A DNA stretch of 53,768 nucleotides from Bacteroidales bacterium (GCA_035529055.1 DATKXL010000077.1:1-53768); one strand, 5' to 3'. Counted from the first letter of the stretch, positions 8,772 to 18,762 are shown. Translations and numbers: made by a program. Notes: generated by a model not told the origin, from the letters alone.

Positions 8772-11700
8772 ATGGAGGACGCAAATTATAAAAGTCTGGA
8801 ATATAAGAGGTTGCTTCATGACCAGCAGGAGAGATTGAAAGAGCTGGGTTGCATCAACCAGACTACTTATATACTTAAGGAAGGAAAACCGATTGAAGAG
8901 ACCCTCCAGCAGATAGTTTTATTATTACCCGCTGCGTGGCAATATCCTGAATTTACGATGGCAAGGATCAGTTACATGAATAACGCTTTTGAATCGATTG
9001 ATTTCAGAGAGACCAAATGGAGAATGGTTCAGGAGTTTAATACCATAGACGGAGAAAAAGGATCGATCGAAATATTCTATGCAACTGAGTTCAGAGTTGA
9101 GAATGAGGGTCCGTTTTTAAAAGAGGAAAGAGATCTTATACAGAATATTGCCAGCCTGATAACCGGATATATCAACAGCTATAAAGCCCGTGACATTATT
9201 CGAATGACAAGGGTTCCTGCCGAAGACGAGGAAGACTATGCAAATATTCCCAGTAAAAAGTTATTGCAGAAATTTCTCGATCGTCACAATGCAGAGAGGG
9301 ATGTTTTTCATGATCTGCAGCCTTTTAAAGTAAAAGAGATACTCCTGGTTGCTAATCTCTATGACGCATATTCAATCGAAGGAGAAGGCAGATTTTCTGA
9401 TCATATGCTTGGTGAATACTATCAGCTGAGTCTCACATCATTACCAAGGGTATCAGGGGTTTCGAGTGAGGAGGAAGCCTTTAACAGGCTCAAGGCCAGG
9501 CATTATGATATGGTTATTATTATGATCGGTGTTGATAAGGAGAGTCCGATGCAACTCTGCAAAAAAATCAAGGATAAGTATCCCTATCTGCCAACATTTC
9601 TGTTGCTTAACAATCCCGGTGACGTTGGTTATGCAAGAAAGCAAAAAGCCGGAGGAGTTCCCTTTGATAACTATTTCGTCTGGACAGGAGAATCAAAAGT
9701 CTTCTTTGCAATGGTCAAGTTACTTGAAGATAAAGTAAATGTTGACAACGATACCAAAAAAGGACTTACCAGGGTGATATTGATAGTCGAGGATTCGGCA
9801 GATTTCTATTCAAGTTATCTTCCGATGCTTTACACCCTCGTACTGGAGCAGACTCGGAACCTGATTGAAGATGTCTCTACTGACGAGTTATATAAAGTTT
9901 TAAAGTTAAGAGCAAGAGCTAAAATCCTCCTTGCTTCGAGCTGGGAAGATGCAATGACCATATTTAATAATTACCAGGACAGCCTTCTATGTGTGATCTC
10001 AGATATGAGATTTCCAAGGAACGGTAAATTGCAGGATAAGGCCGGATTTGAACTTATTCAGCATATTAAAAATGATCTGCCAAATCTCCCGACAGTTCTG
10101 CAGTCGTCTGATCCCGAAAATGCAAAGTATGCCTTTATCCTCAAATCAAATTTCATTAACAAGAATTCCAAGAGTCTTTTTCAGGATTTGAAATCCTTCA
10201 TAAATTATTACCTGGGGTTCGGCCATTTTGTTTACAGAGACACCGGAGGCCGGCAGATTGCTGTTGCCAAATCAATGAAAGAGTTTGAGGCATACCTCGA
10301 AACTGTACCTGAAGATTCTCTTGCATATCATGCAATGAAGAACCATTTCTCCTTGTGGCTGATGGCACGTGGAGAAGTCAAAATTGCCAAACTGATAAAT
10401 CCTGTTAAAGTATCAGATTTCAACAACGTAAAAGAATTAAGAGAGTATCTCATCGATATTATCCGCAAGCGGAGAAGAGAGATGAATAAGGGAAGAGTGA
10501 TTAATTTTGAAGAATCCGCCTTAATCGATGAGACTAATGTTGTCAGTCTTTCATCCGGATCACTTGGCGGAAAGGGCAGAGGACTGGCATTCATAAACAC
10601 TCTTATTTATAGTTTTGAACTTGGCAGGCTGATACCGGGAATAAACATAAAAACTCCTGTTACAGCCATAATCGGGACAGATGAGTTTGATATGTTTATG
10701 GAACGCAATCATCTGTGGGACAAGATAAAAGAAGAAAAGGATTTTGATGCTCTTCAACAGATGTTCCTTGAAGGAAGTCTTAGCTATACTCTCGAAAAAA
10801 ACCTCAGGATCTTCATTAAGAAGATCACAAAACCCCTGGCAATAAGATCGTCAAGCCTTTTTGAGGATTCAATGAGTCAACCTTTTTCAGGTATTTTCGG
10901 GACCTACCTTCTTCCGAATAACGATCGGGATTTTGATATAAGGTTTAAGCAATTAACGGAAGCAATAAAACTTGTCTTTGCCTCAATCTATTCAAAGAGT
11001 GCCCGCATATATTTTGAAGCCATCTGCTATAAAATTGAGCTGGAAAAAATGGCGGTTGTCGTTCAGGAGGTTGTTGGTGAAAGATATCTTGATGCATTTT
11101 ATCCTCATATGAGCGGCTCAGCTCAATCATATAATTTTTATCCGGTTGCCCACATGACCCCTAAGGATGGATTTGCTGTTCTGGCTGTCGGACTAGGTCA
11201 ATATGTTATGGAGGGAGAAAGAGCCTATCGCTTTTCACCGGCTTATCCTTCACTCGACATTATTTCACATGATGACATGTATAAAAATTCACAGGTATTT
11301 TTCTATGCTGTGGATATGGCAAAGAAAAATCTGAACCTTCTGGAGGGTGAAAATGCAGGGCTTGTGACCCTCGACATAGCTGATGCTGAGAAACATGGAA
11401 CCTTAAAACACTCCGCATCAGTTCTGAACCCGGATAATGATATAATAACTCCCGGACTTGATGCTCCCGGACCACGAGTTATTAATTTTGCCGATATACT
11501 CAAGTATAATTATATACCATTAGCGTCCACACTGAGAACTGTGTTGGATGTTGTAACTGAAGCATGCGGAACACCGGTGGAAATAGAATTTGCAGTTGAT
11601 CTTAAAAAAGATGAGGCCGGAAATGCCTCTTTTCACCTTTTGCAGATAAAACCTCTTCTCGGCACGGGAGCAGGATATGACATTGATCCGGATACCATTT

Positions 11701-12218
11701 TCAATGAAGACCTGATTCTGATGACAAAAAGGTGTATGGGAAACGGATTAATTAATGATATTACAGACATTATTTACCTGGAACCACGAAAATTTGATAA
11801 CCTGCTCACAGGGATGATGGCGGATGAGATAGAGAGGATCAATGAAAAAATGTTAAGGGAGCACAAGAAATATATTCTGATCGGGCCCGGCAGATGGGGA
11901 ACAAGAGACAAATATATCGGCATACCCGTAGTATGGCCGCAAATATCCAATGCGAAAGTTATTGTTGAAGTTTCCCTGCCGGATTTCCATCTTGACGCCT
12001 CCCTGGGCTCTCATTTTTTTCACAATGTGACCTCCATGAATGTTGGCTATTTTTCAGTAAATGAGTCATCTCAGGACGGCGTTATCATCTGGAAAAAACT
12101 TATTAATCAGAATGTTGTAGAGGAAGGCAGGTTTTTCAGGCATATCAGATTTAAGAATCCGCTCCTGGTAAGGATGGATGGCAGAAAAGGAATAGCTGCA
12201 ATCTCAATGAATCAATAA
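8772..12218 (+). CDS. Giant multidomain protein: N-terminal sensor-like domain, pseudo-receiver, receiver-like domain, PPDK/PEP-synthase-type ATP-grasp (PPDK_N-like), and a conserved C-terminal GPGRWG module; function unknown
   Basis: ATP-grasp motifs GSLGGKGRGLAFIN and PLAIRSSSLFEDSMSQPFSGIFGTY resemble the PEP synthase/PPDK N-domain. Receiver-like RVILIVEDS...LLCVISDMRFP keeps the acceptor Asp. The first receiver-like block, YDMVIIMIG, has Met at the acceptor position. No GGxTSHAA swivel-His motif is visible. Confidence 0.8.
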   Translation: MEDANYKSLEYKRLLHDQQERLKELGCINQTTYILKEGKPIEETLQQIVLLLPAAWQYPEFTMARISYMNNAFESIDFRETKWRMVQEFNTIDGEKGSIEIFYATEFRVENEGPFLKEERDLIQNIASLITGYINSYKARDIIRMTRVPAEDEEDYANIPSKKLLQKFLDRHNAERDVFHDLQPFKVKEILLVANLYDAYSIEGEGRFSDHMLGEYYQLSLTSLPRVSGVSSEEEAFNRLKARHYDMVIIMIGVDKESPMQLCKKIKDKYPYLPTFLLLNNPGDVGYARKQKAGGVPFDNYFVWTGESKVFFAMVKLLEDKVNVDNDTKKGLTRVILIVEDSADFYSSYLPMLYTLVLEQTRNLIEDVSTDELYKVLKLRARAKILLASSWEDAMTIFNNYQDSLLCVISDMRFPRNGKLQDKAGFELIQHIKNDLPNLPTVLQSSDPENAKYAFILKSNFINKNSKSLFQDLKSFINYYLGFGHFVYRDTGGRQIAVAKSMKEFEAYLETVPEDSLAYHAMKNHFSLWLMARGEVKIAKLINPVKVSDFNNVKELREYLIDIIRKRRREMNKGRVINFEESALIDETNVVSLSSGSLGGKGRGLAFINTLIYSFELGRLIPGINIKTPVTAIIGTDEFDMFMERNHLWDKIKEEKDFDALQQMFLEGSLSYTLEKNLRIFIKKITKPLAIRSSSLFEDSMSQPFSGIFGTYLLPNNDRDFDIRFKQLTEAIKLVFASIYSKSARIYFEAICYKIELEKMAVVVQEVVGERYLDAFYPHMSGSAQSYNFYPVAHMTPKDGFAVLAVGLGQYVMEGERAYRFSPAYPSLDIISHDDMYKNSQVFFYAVDMAKKNLNLLEGENAGLVTLDIADAEKHGTLKHSASVLNPDNDIITPGLDAPGPRVINFADILKYNYIPLASTLRTVLDVVTEACGTPVEIEFAVDLKKDEAGNASFHLLQIKPLLGTGAGYDIDPDTIFNEDLILMTKRCMGNGLINDITDIIYLEPRKFDNLLTGMMADEIERINEKMLREHKKYILIGPGRWGTRDKYIGIPVVWPQISNAKVIVEVSLPDFHLDASLGSHFFHNVTSMNVGYFSVNESSQDGVIIWKKLINQNVVEEGRFFRHIRFKNPLLVRMDGRKGIAAISMNQ

Positions 12219-12231
12219 AAACCTGAATCTT

Positions 12232-15207
12232 ATGACGATCATTGAAGGAATACTTGATCTGCAGAAATACGATTTTACCGACACTCCGTTCAATCTCCTG
12301 ATGCAGAAACGGATTCACAGGGTTCTTGTAATCTGCAGTAATTATGATAATTACATGTTGGAAGAGGATGGACGGATTGATGAGCAGATATTCAATGAAT
12401 ATGTATCGCTTAATCTAAGGTATCCTCCCACATTCTTTCAGACTGATAATGCTGAGGATGCATTCAGAATACTTCAGAAGGAAAATATTGACCTGGTGAT
12501 TTCTATGCTTAGCCTCAGGGGAACCGATGTATTTGCCCTTGCAAAAATAGTTAAGGCTAAATATGAAAGGATACCGATCGTGGTACTGACCTATTTTTCG
12601 AGAGAGGTTTCTCTGAGACTGGCCGGGGAAGATCTGAGTGCAATAGATTATATATTCTGCTGGCTGGGCGATGCCGCGCTGATACTTGCCATAATAAAGC
12701 TCATTGAAGATAAAATGAACGCTGATAACGATATTGAAAAAATTGGTGTTCAGGCAATTATTCTGGTCGAAAATTCAATAAGATATATCTCTTCATATCT
12801 ACCTAATCTTTACAGGATTGTACTTGTGCAGTCTCTTGATTTTCAGAGAGAAGCCTTGAATGAACATCAACGGATGTTAAAAATGAGAGGACGGCCTAAA
12901 ATCCTTCTTGCAAATAATTACAACGATGCACTTGCTCTTTATAATAAATATAAATACAATGTGCTTGGAGTGATTTCAGATATCAGTTATAAAAGGGATA
13001 ATTTAACCGATGAAAATGCAGGAATAGAGCTTTGTAAAGTAGTGATGGCCGACGATGATAATGTACCTTTTCTGCTGCAATCTTCCAGTTCGGAGCATAA
13101 AAAAATTGCTGAAGAGCTTGGTGCAGGATTTATTAATAAGTATGCCAAGTCTTTATCTCTCGAATTAAGGAACTTCATTATCCAGAACCTTGCTTTCGGG
13201 CCTTTTGTTTTTAAGAACCCTGATACCATGGAGCCGATAGCAATTGCCACCGATCTTCAGAGTCTTCAGCAAAAGCTTCTCACGATACCCGATAAAACTC
13301 TTGAGTATCATGCAACCCGGAATCACTTTTCCAAATGGCTGAATGCACGTGCGCTCTTTCCTGTAGCCCAGATGTTTAAATACATAAGGAAAGAGGATTT
13401 CAAGACCATGGATGAGATGAGGCGGTTCCTTTATGTTGCTATATCGAGTTTCCGGCTCGGGAAGGGCAGAGGGGTGATAGCCAAGTTTGATAAGACAAGT
13501 TATGATGAGTACCAGATTTTTTCACGAATCGGCGATGGTTCAATAGGAGGAAAAGCAAGAGGACTGGCATTTATAAACAGGATCATCAAGACCAATAAGC
13601 TGTTTAATAAGTTCCCGGATGTTCTTATTGCCATTCCTCGTACAGTTGTTTTATGCACCGATATCTTTGACGAATTTATGGACCAAAACAACCTGTATTC
13701 AGTTGCATTATCTGATCTAACTGATGATGAAATACTTAACAGGTTTATTAATGCAGAATTACCGGGCAGGGTCTATCAGGACTTCTATGCATTTCTGTCT
13801 GTTTCAAGGATCCATCCTCTTGCCGTCAGATCTTCAAGTAAACTGGAGGATTCACATTATCAGCCATTTGCAGGTATTTATTCAACCTATATGATTCCCC
13901 GGCTTCCTGATAACAAACAGATGGTAAAGGTGTTATCCGATGCGATAAAGGAGGTTTACGCCTCTGTTTATTACAAGGTAAGCAAAGCATATATGACTGC
14001 GACAGCTAATGTGATTGATGAAGAAAAAATGGGAATAATTCTTCAGGAAGTTTGTGGAAACAGACATGGAGATATGTACTACCCTACCATATCAGGTGTG
14101 GCCCAGTCGATAAATTATTATCCTGTTGGTTCGGAAAAAGCTGAAGACGGAATAGCCAATGTTGCTTTTGGCCTTGGTAAACTGATTGTTGAAGGAGGCC
14201 TCTCATTAAGGTTTTCCCCCAAACATGCAAAGAAAATCCTTCAGTTATCATCCCCTGAAGCAGCTTTGAGGGACACCCAAAAAGAGTTCCGCGCCCTTGA
14301 TCTTAGGATTGACAGCTTTGTTCCTTCCACTGATGATGGTGTCAATATTCTTAAAATTGGCATTAATAACGTGAACAACGACGGTGCTATGAAGTATGTC
14401 GCTTCCACTTATGACTATAATAATAATGTATTGCGTGAAGGGATAAATCATCCCGGGAAGCGGGTCATAACTTTATCAAATGTATTGCAACATAAATTAT
14501 TCCCGTTGGCTGAAATCCTAAGTACACTCCTTGAACTCGGACAGCAGGAGATGAACAATCCCATTGAAATTGAATTTGCAGTTAATCTTGAAACACCACC
14601 CGGGACACCAAAAATTTTTAACTTCCTGCAAATCAGACCAATTGTCAATGCCGATGAAACCACTAACATTAACCTGGGAAATATTAAACCTGAAGATACA
14701 ATCATCTACTCGGAGTCCGCTCTTGGTAATGGACTGTTTATAGGGATCCGGGATCTGGTTTATGTAAAACCTGAATCATTCAATCCTGCACAAAACAAAA
14801 ATATTGCGATTGACATCGAAAAGATTAATAATCTTTTTGTTAAGCAGGGTTCCGGATATGTTCTTATAGGTCCGGGCCGATGGGGCTCAACCGATCCGTG
14901 GCTGGGAATACCGGTAAAATGGCCACAGATATCTGCTGCAAGAATAATTATTGAATCAGGTCTGAAAAACTACAGGATCGATCCAAGTCAGGGAACCCAT
15001 TTTTTCCAGAACCTCATTTCATTCAGAGTGGGTTATTTTTCTATCAATCCGTTCATTAAGGAGGGTTATTACGATGTCGGTTTCCTGAATACACTTCCGT
15101 TTATATATGAAAATGAATTCATCAGGCATGTACGGTTTGAAAAACCTCTCGATATCATGATTGACGGGAAGAAACATAAGGGGGTAATAATCAAGCCGGT
15201 ACAATAA
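12232..15207 (+). CDS. Paralogue of the preceding gene without the N-terminal sensor domain: pseudo-receiver, receiver-like domain, PPDK-type ATP-grasp and GPGRWG C-terminal module
   Basis: Collinear motif matches to 8772..12218: IDLVISML (Met at the acceptor position), GVISDISY, GSIGGKARGLAFIN, PLAVRSSSKLEDSHYQPFAGIYSTY, VLIGPGRWGSTDPWLGIPVKWPQIS, GTHFFQN. Confidence 0.8.
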   Translation: MTIIEGILDLQKYDFTDTPFNLLMQKRIHRVLVICSNYDNYMLEEDGRIDEQIFNEYVSLNLRYPPTFFQTDNAEDAFRILQKENIDLVISMLSLRGTDVFALAKIVKAKYERIPIVVLTYFSREVSLRLAGEDLSAIDYIFCWLGDAALILAIIKLIEDKMNADNDIEKIGVQAIILVENSIRYISSYLPNLYRIVLVQSLDFQREALNEHQRMLKMRGRPKILLANNYNDALALYNKYKYNVLGVISDISYKRDNLTDENAGIELCKVVMADDDNVPFLLQSSSSEHKKIAEELGAGFINKYAKSLSLELRNFIIQNLAFGPFVFKNPDTMEPIAIATDLQSLQQKLLTIPDKTLEYHATRNHFSKWLNARALFPVAQMFKYIRKEDFKTMDEMRRFLYVAISSFRLGKGRGVIAKFDKTSYDEYQIFSRIGDGSIGGKARGLAFINRIIKTNKLFNKFPDVLIAIPRTVVLCTDIFDEFMDQNNLYSVALSDLTDDEILNRFINAELPGRVYQDFYAFLSVSRIHPLAVRSSSKLEDSHYQPFAGIYSTYMIPRLPDNKQMVKVLSDAIKEVYASVYYKVSKAYMTATANVIDEEKMGIILQEVCGNRHGDMYYPTISGVAQSINYYPVGSEKAEDGIANVAFGLGKLIVEGGLSLRFSPKHAKKILQLSSPEAALRDTQKEFRALDLRIDSFVPSTDDGVNILKIGINNVNNDGAMKYVASTYDYNNNVLREGINHPGKRVITLSNVLQHKLFPLAEILSTLLELGQQEMNNPIEIEFAVNLETPPGTPKIFNFLQIRPIVNADETTNINLGNIKPEDTIIYSESALGNGLFIGIRDLVYVKPESFNPAQNKNIAIDIEKINNLFVKQGSGYVLIGPGRWGSTDPWLGIPVKWPQISAARIIIESGLKNYRIDPSQGTHFFQNLISFRVGYFSINPFIKEGYYDVGFLNTLPFIYENEFIRHVRFEKPLDIMIDGKKHKGVIIKPVQ

Positions 15208-15213
15208 AAGTGA

Positions 15214-16095
15214 TCAGACTATTGCTGCTTCGGTAAAAACATCTTTATTTACTTTTCTGATAAGTCCCTGCAGGACACAACCAGGTCCGACTTCGATAAA
15301 TGAAGTGACTCCGCCCGCAATCATATTCAGTACGCTCTGAGTCCATTTTACCGGTGATGTAAGCTGCAAAACAAGGTTAGCCTTAATTATCTCAGGTTCA
15401 GAAGATGGATTTGCATTGACATTTTGATAAACAGGGCATATCGGTTCACAGAAATTTGTTGACATGATAGCTTCCTCCAGCTCTCTCTTAGCAGATTCCA
15501 TCAGTGGGGAGTGAAATGCACCACCCACAGCAAGCTTAAGAGCTCTCTTTGCGCCTTTTTCCTTAAGAACTTCAATGGCTTTATCGATTCCTTCATTCGA
15601 TCCTGAGATTACTATTTGTCCGGGACTGTTGTAATTTGCAGGTACCACAATTTCCGGGATTGAATTACATACATCCTCAACGATCAAATCGTCAAGTCCG
15701 ATGATAGCTGCCATTGTTGACGGGATCTTCTCACAGGCCTTTTGCATTGCCATGGCTCTTTTTGAAACAAGTATAAGACCATCTTCGAAGGTGAGGGTTC
15801 TGTTAGCTACAAGCGCCGAGAATTCGCCCAGAGAATGACCGGCAACCATATCAGGTCCAATAGAATCCCCCAGCATGGCAGCAAGTATGGTGGAGTGAAG
15901 AAATACAGCTGGCTGGGTCACCCTGGTTTGCTTCAGATCCTCTTCCGAACCTGTAAACATCAGATCGGAGATCCTGAAACCGAGAATAGAGTCTGCTTGT
16001 TCAAACATCTCTCTCGCTGCAGGATATTTATCATAAAGATCTTTCCCCATGCCGGGAAATTGAGCTCCCTGACCCGGGAATACATATGCTTTCAT
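15214..16095 (-). CDS. fabD: Malonyl-CoA:ACP transacylase
   Basis: FPGQGAQ, VAGHSLGEFSAL and GAFHSPLM motifs; 293 aa. Confidence 0.93.
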   Translation of the reverse strand: MKAYVFPGQGAQFPGMGKDLYDKYPAAREMFEQADSILGFRISDLMFTGSEEDLKQTRVTQPAVFLHSTILAAMLGDSIGPDMVAGHSLGEFSALVANRTLTFEDGLILVSKRAMAMQKACEKIPSTMAAIIGLDDLIVEDVCNSIPEIVVPANYNSPGQIVISGSNEGIDKAIEVLKEKGAKRALKLAVGGAFHSPLMESAKRELEEAIMSTNFCEPICPVYQNVNANPSSEPEIIKANLVLQLTSPVKWTQSVLNMIAGGVTSFIEVGPGCVLQGLIRKVNKDVFTEAAIV

Positions 16096-16096
16096 A

Positions 16097-16744
16097 TCAA
16101 TGCAACTTTGAGCCGATAAGGTGAATGAATTCTTCCCTGGTATTAAGGTTTTTCAGGAATATTCCGGTAAAAGCTGAGGTGGTTGTAACAGAGTTCTGCT
16201 TCTGAACTCCCCTGATCTGCATACACATATGCTGAGCTTCAATGACAACGGCAACACCAAGAGGATTAAGGCAATCCTGAATAACGTTTCTTATCTGTGT
16301 GGTAAGCCTTTCCTGAACCTGCAGCCTGCGGCTGAAAGCCTCAACAACTCTTGCAATTTTACTGAGTCCGGTGATATAACCATCAGGTATATAAGCTACA
16401 TGAGCCTTTCCGAAGAAAGGTAACATATGATGTTCACACATCGAATAGATATCAATATCTTTTACCAGTACCATTTGCTGGTATTCCTCCTTAAACTTGG
16501 CCGAGTTGATTATTTCACAGGGATTCATAGAATAACCCATCGTTAAAAAATTAATGGCCTTTGCAACCCTTTCCGGAGTCTTAATCAGACCTTCTCTCTC
16601 AGGATCTTCTCCAATAAGCTTAATTACTTTATAGTAAATTGAGGAGAGCTCTTTAATGTTTTCCTCGTCCCATGTTTCAACATTGGAGTAGCCGTTTGAG
16701 GTACTGCTTCTTCCCTTGCTGACGGATTCAGTTTTCTTAGCCAT
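16097..16744 (-). CDS. folE: GTP cyclohydrolase I (type 1)
   Basis: [18 protein letters not shown] and [12 protein letters not shown] motifs; about 215 aa. Confidence 0.93.
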   Translation of the reverse strand: MAKKTESVSKGRSSTSNGYSNVETWDEENIKELSSIYYKVIKLIGEDPEREGLIKTPERVAKAINFLTMGYSMNPCEIINSAKFKEEYQQMVLVKDIDIYSMCEHHMLPFFGKAHVAYIPDGYITGLSKIARVVEAFSRRLQVQERLTTQIRNVIQDCLNPLGVAVVIEAQHMCMQIRGVQKQNSVTTTSAFTGIFLKNLNTREEFIHLIGSKLH

Positions 16745-17168
16745 AATATTCTATTGAGTTATTTTCTGTTTCTTCAATTCTAACACAATGCAGAATTGCT
16801 CCCTGCTGTTCGATAGCCGGTTTAAGTTCATCCCATATCGCAATTGCAAGGTTTTCGGTTGTGGCGATCCTGCCTTTCATGAATTCAACCTCAAGATTCA
16901 TATTCTTATGATCGATCTTTTGAATGACTTTTTCGAGAATGATATGCTTAAGGGTGGTCATATTAATTACAAATCCATGATCTTCAGATATTTTACCTTT
17001 GACAGTCACAAATAGTACATAGTTATGGCCATGCCAGTTTGGATTTGAACATTTGCCGAAGACCTCCAGGTTCTTTTCATCCGTCCACTCATGCCTGAAC
17101 ATTCTGTGAGCAGCACTGAATCTTTCTCTGCGGGTTAAGTAGATCATACAAGGGGTAGTTAATTGCAC
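16737..17168 (-). CDS. 6-pyruvoyl-tetrahydropterin synthase, animal-like PTPS-II type (QueD/PTPS superfamily)
   Basis: FSAAHRM...[14 protein letters not shown]...[10 protein letters not shown]...[11 protein letters not shown] is near-collinear with the mammalian PTPS pattern FGKCNNPNGHGHNY (Cys-x5-HGH, not the QueD Cys-x3-HGH). Its stop overlaps the folE start by 8 nt. Confidence 0.85.
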   Translation of the reverse strand: MQLTTPCMIYLTRRERFSAAHRMFRHEWTDEKNLEVFGKCSNPNWHGHNYVLFVTVKGKISEDHGFVINMTTLKHIILEKVIQKIDHKNMNLEVEFMKGRIATTENLAIAIWDELKPAIEQQGAILHCVRIEETENNSIEYYG

Positions 17169-17241
17169 AATAATAGCTATTAAATCTGATCTTTTAAATA
17201 TATTTACCGTGTTCTTTTAACCTGGGGAATCAACATTGCCT

Positions 17242-17922
17242 ATGTCTTTAAGAATTCTATTTGTTACAGCAACCGATTTAGAGGCTGATATTCTGAGAGA
17301 AATACCTGGTATAATACCTGTTGCCGGGGGATTTAGGCTGGGAAATTGTGAGATTAATCGGCTTGTTACCGGGGTAGGATCCATTTCAACAGCCTGGAGT
17401 ATGAAACAATGGCTTTCCTCAAATCCAAAGCCCGATTTATCTGTTAATATTGGCATAGCGGGAAGTTACAAAAAGGAGATCGGGATAGGAAAGGTTGTTA
17501 TGCCGGTATCAGATTGTTTTGCGGATATGGGAATTGAAACAGAGAAAGGATTTCTGACTTTGTCAGAAGCAGGTTTAAGCGATCCCGATAAGTTTCCATT
17601 CAGGAACGGATTAATTAAGGCTGATAATGAATTTGTCAATAAAGCTGAAAAGTATCTCACAGGGGTCAGGGCAGTCACAGTCAATACCGTTTCCGGATCG
17701 GTCAATACAATTAAAAGGATCATTGATAAATATGATCCTGATATTGAAACTATGGAGGGTGCAGCATTTTTCTATGTTTCGGCTATGGAAAGAATACCAT
17801 GTCTGGCAATCAGGTCGGTTTCGAACAGGGTTGAACCAAGAGACAGTACTAAATGGAGAATCTCTGAAGCTGTTAAGAATCTGTCAGAAAAAATTGAAGA
17901 AATTATTTTAATTCTCGAGTGA
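17242..17922 (+). CDS. mqnB: Futalosine hydrolase (MTA/SAH nucleosidase family)
   Basis: PNP_UDP-fold motifs (ILFVTATDLEA, GIAGSY, ETMEGAAFFYV); about 226 aa; directly upstream of an mqn gene. ATG at 17242 preferred over the TTG at 17236. Confidence 0.72.
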   Translation: MSLRILFVTATDLEADILREIPGIIPVAGGFRLGNCEINRLVTGVGSISTAWSMKQWLSSNPKPDLSVNIGIAGSYKKEIGIGKVVMPVSDCFADMGIETEKGFLTLSEAGLSDPDKFPFRNGLIKADNEFVNKAEKYLTGVRAVTVNTVSGSVNTIKRIIDKYDPDIETMEGAAFFYVSAMERIPCLAIRSVSNRVEPRDSTKWRISEAVKNLSEKIEEIILILE

Positions 17923-17925
17923 ACG

Positions 17926-18762
17926 ATGAAACTGAAAATAGGATTCTCCCCATGTCCAAACGATACATTTATTTTTGATGCAATGGTACATGGAAGGATT
18001 GATACTGAAGGGCTGGAATTTGATTATTTCCTTGCAGATGTTGAAGATCTGAACAGAAAGGCTTTTGCTGGTGAGGTGGATATAACAAAGATCAGCTGTC
18101 ATGCATATACATATGTTGCCGGAGATTATCTTATTATGGATTCAGGAAGTGCACTGGGTTACGGGAACGGACCTCTGCTCATAAGCAAGAATTATATTGA
18201 TCCGTCAGAGCTTTCGAAAGCAAGAATAGCCATACCCGGGAAATACACCACCGCTAATCTTCTTCTCAGCATTGCCTGGCCGGAGGTGGGCAGCAAAACC
18301 GAATATCTGTTTTCGGAAATTGAAGAAGCCCTGCTGAAAGACAAGGCAGATGCCGGACTTATTATTCATGAAACAAGGTTTACATATCATACCAAAGGTC
18401 TCAGGATGATAGCTGATATGGGAAAATACTGGGAAGATCTGACCGGACTTCCCATCCCGCTCGGGCTGATAGGTATAAACAGACGAATCCCCTCAGAAAT
18501 TGCTTTGAGGGTTAACCGGATATTGCGTAAAAGCATTGAATATGCTTTTGAAGATTCATCAGCCTCATATGATTTTGTTGCATCCAACGCCAGGGAAATG
18601 GATAGTAAAGTAATGAACAACCATATCAAGCTTTTTGTAAATGAATACTCTATCCAACTGGGTCATAATGGCAGGGAGGCAATTAACACACTGTTCAGAA
18701 TTGCCCGTGAAAAGGGGGTCATTCCAAACATGCCTGAAAATATATTTCTGGTACCACCGTAG
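17926..18762 (+). CDS. mqnD: 1,4-dihydroxy-6-naphthoate synthase (futalosine pathway; MqnA/MqnD family)
   Basis: N-terminal GFSPCPNDTFIFDAMVHG signature that I associate with MqnD; about 278 aa; periplasmic-binding-protein-like fold family; adjacent to mqnB. The MqnA versus MqnD call is from memory. Confidence 0.68.
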   Translation: MKLKIGFSPCPNDTFIFDAMVHGRIDTEGLEFDYFLADVEDLNRKAFAGEVDITKISCHAYTYVAGDYLIMDSGSALGYGNGPLLISKNYIDPSELSKARIAIPGKYTTANLLLSIAWPEVGSKTEYLFSEIEEALLKDKADAGLIIHETRFTYHTKGLRMIADMGKYWEDLTGLPIPLGLIGINRRIPSEIALRVNRILRKSIEYAFEDSSASYDFVASNAREMDSKVMNNHIKLFVNEYSIQLGHNGREAINTLFRIAREKGVIPNMPENIFLVPP

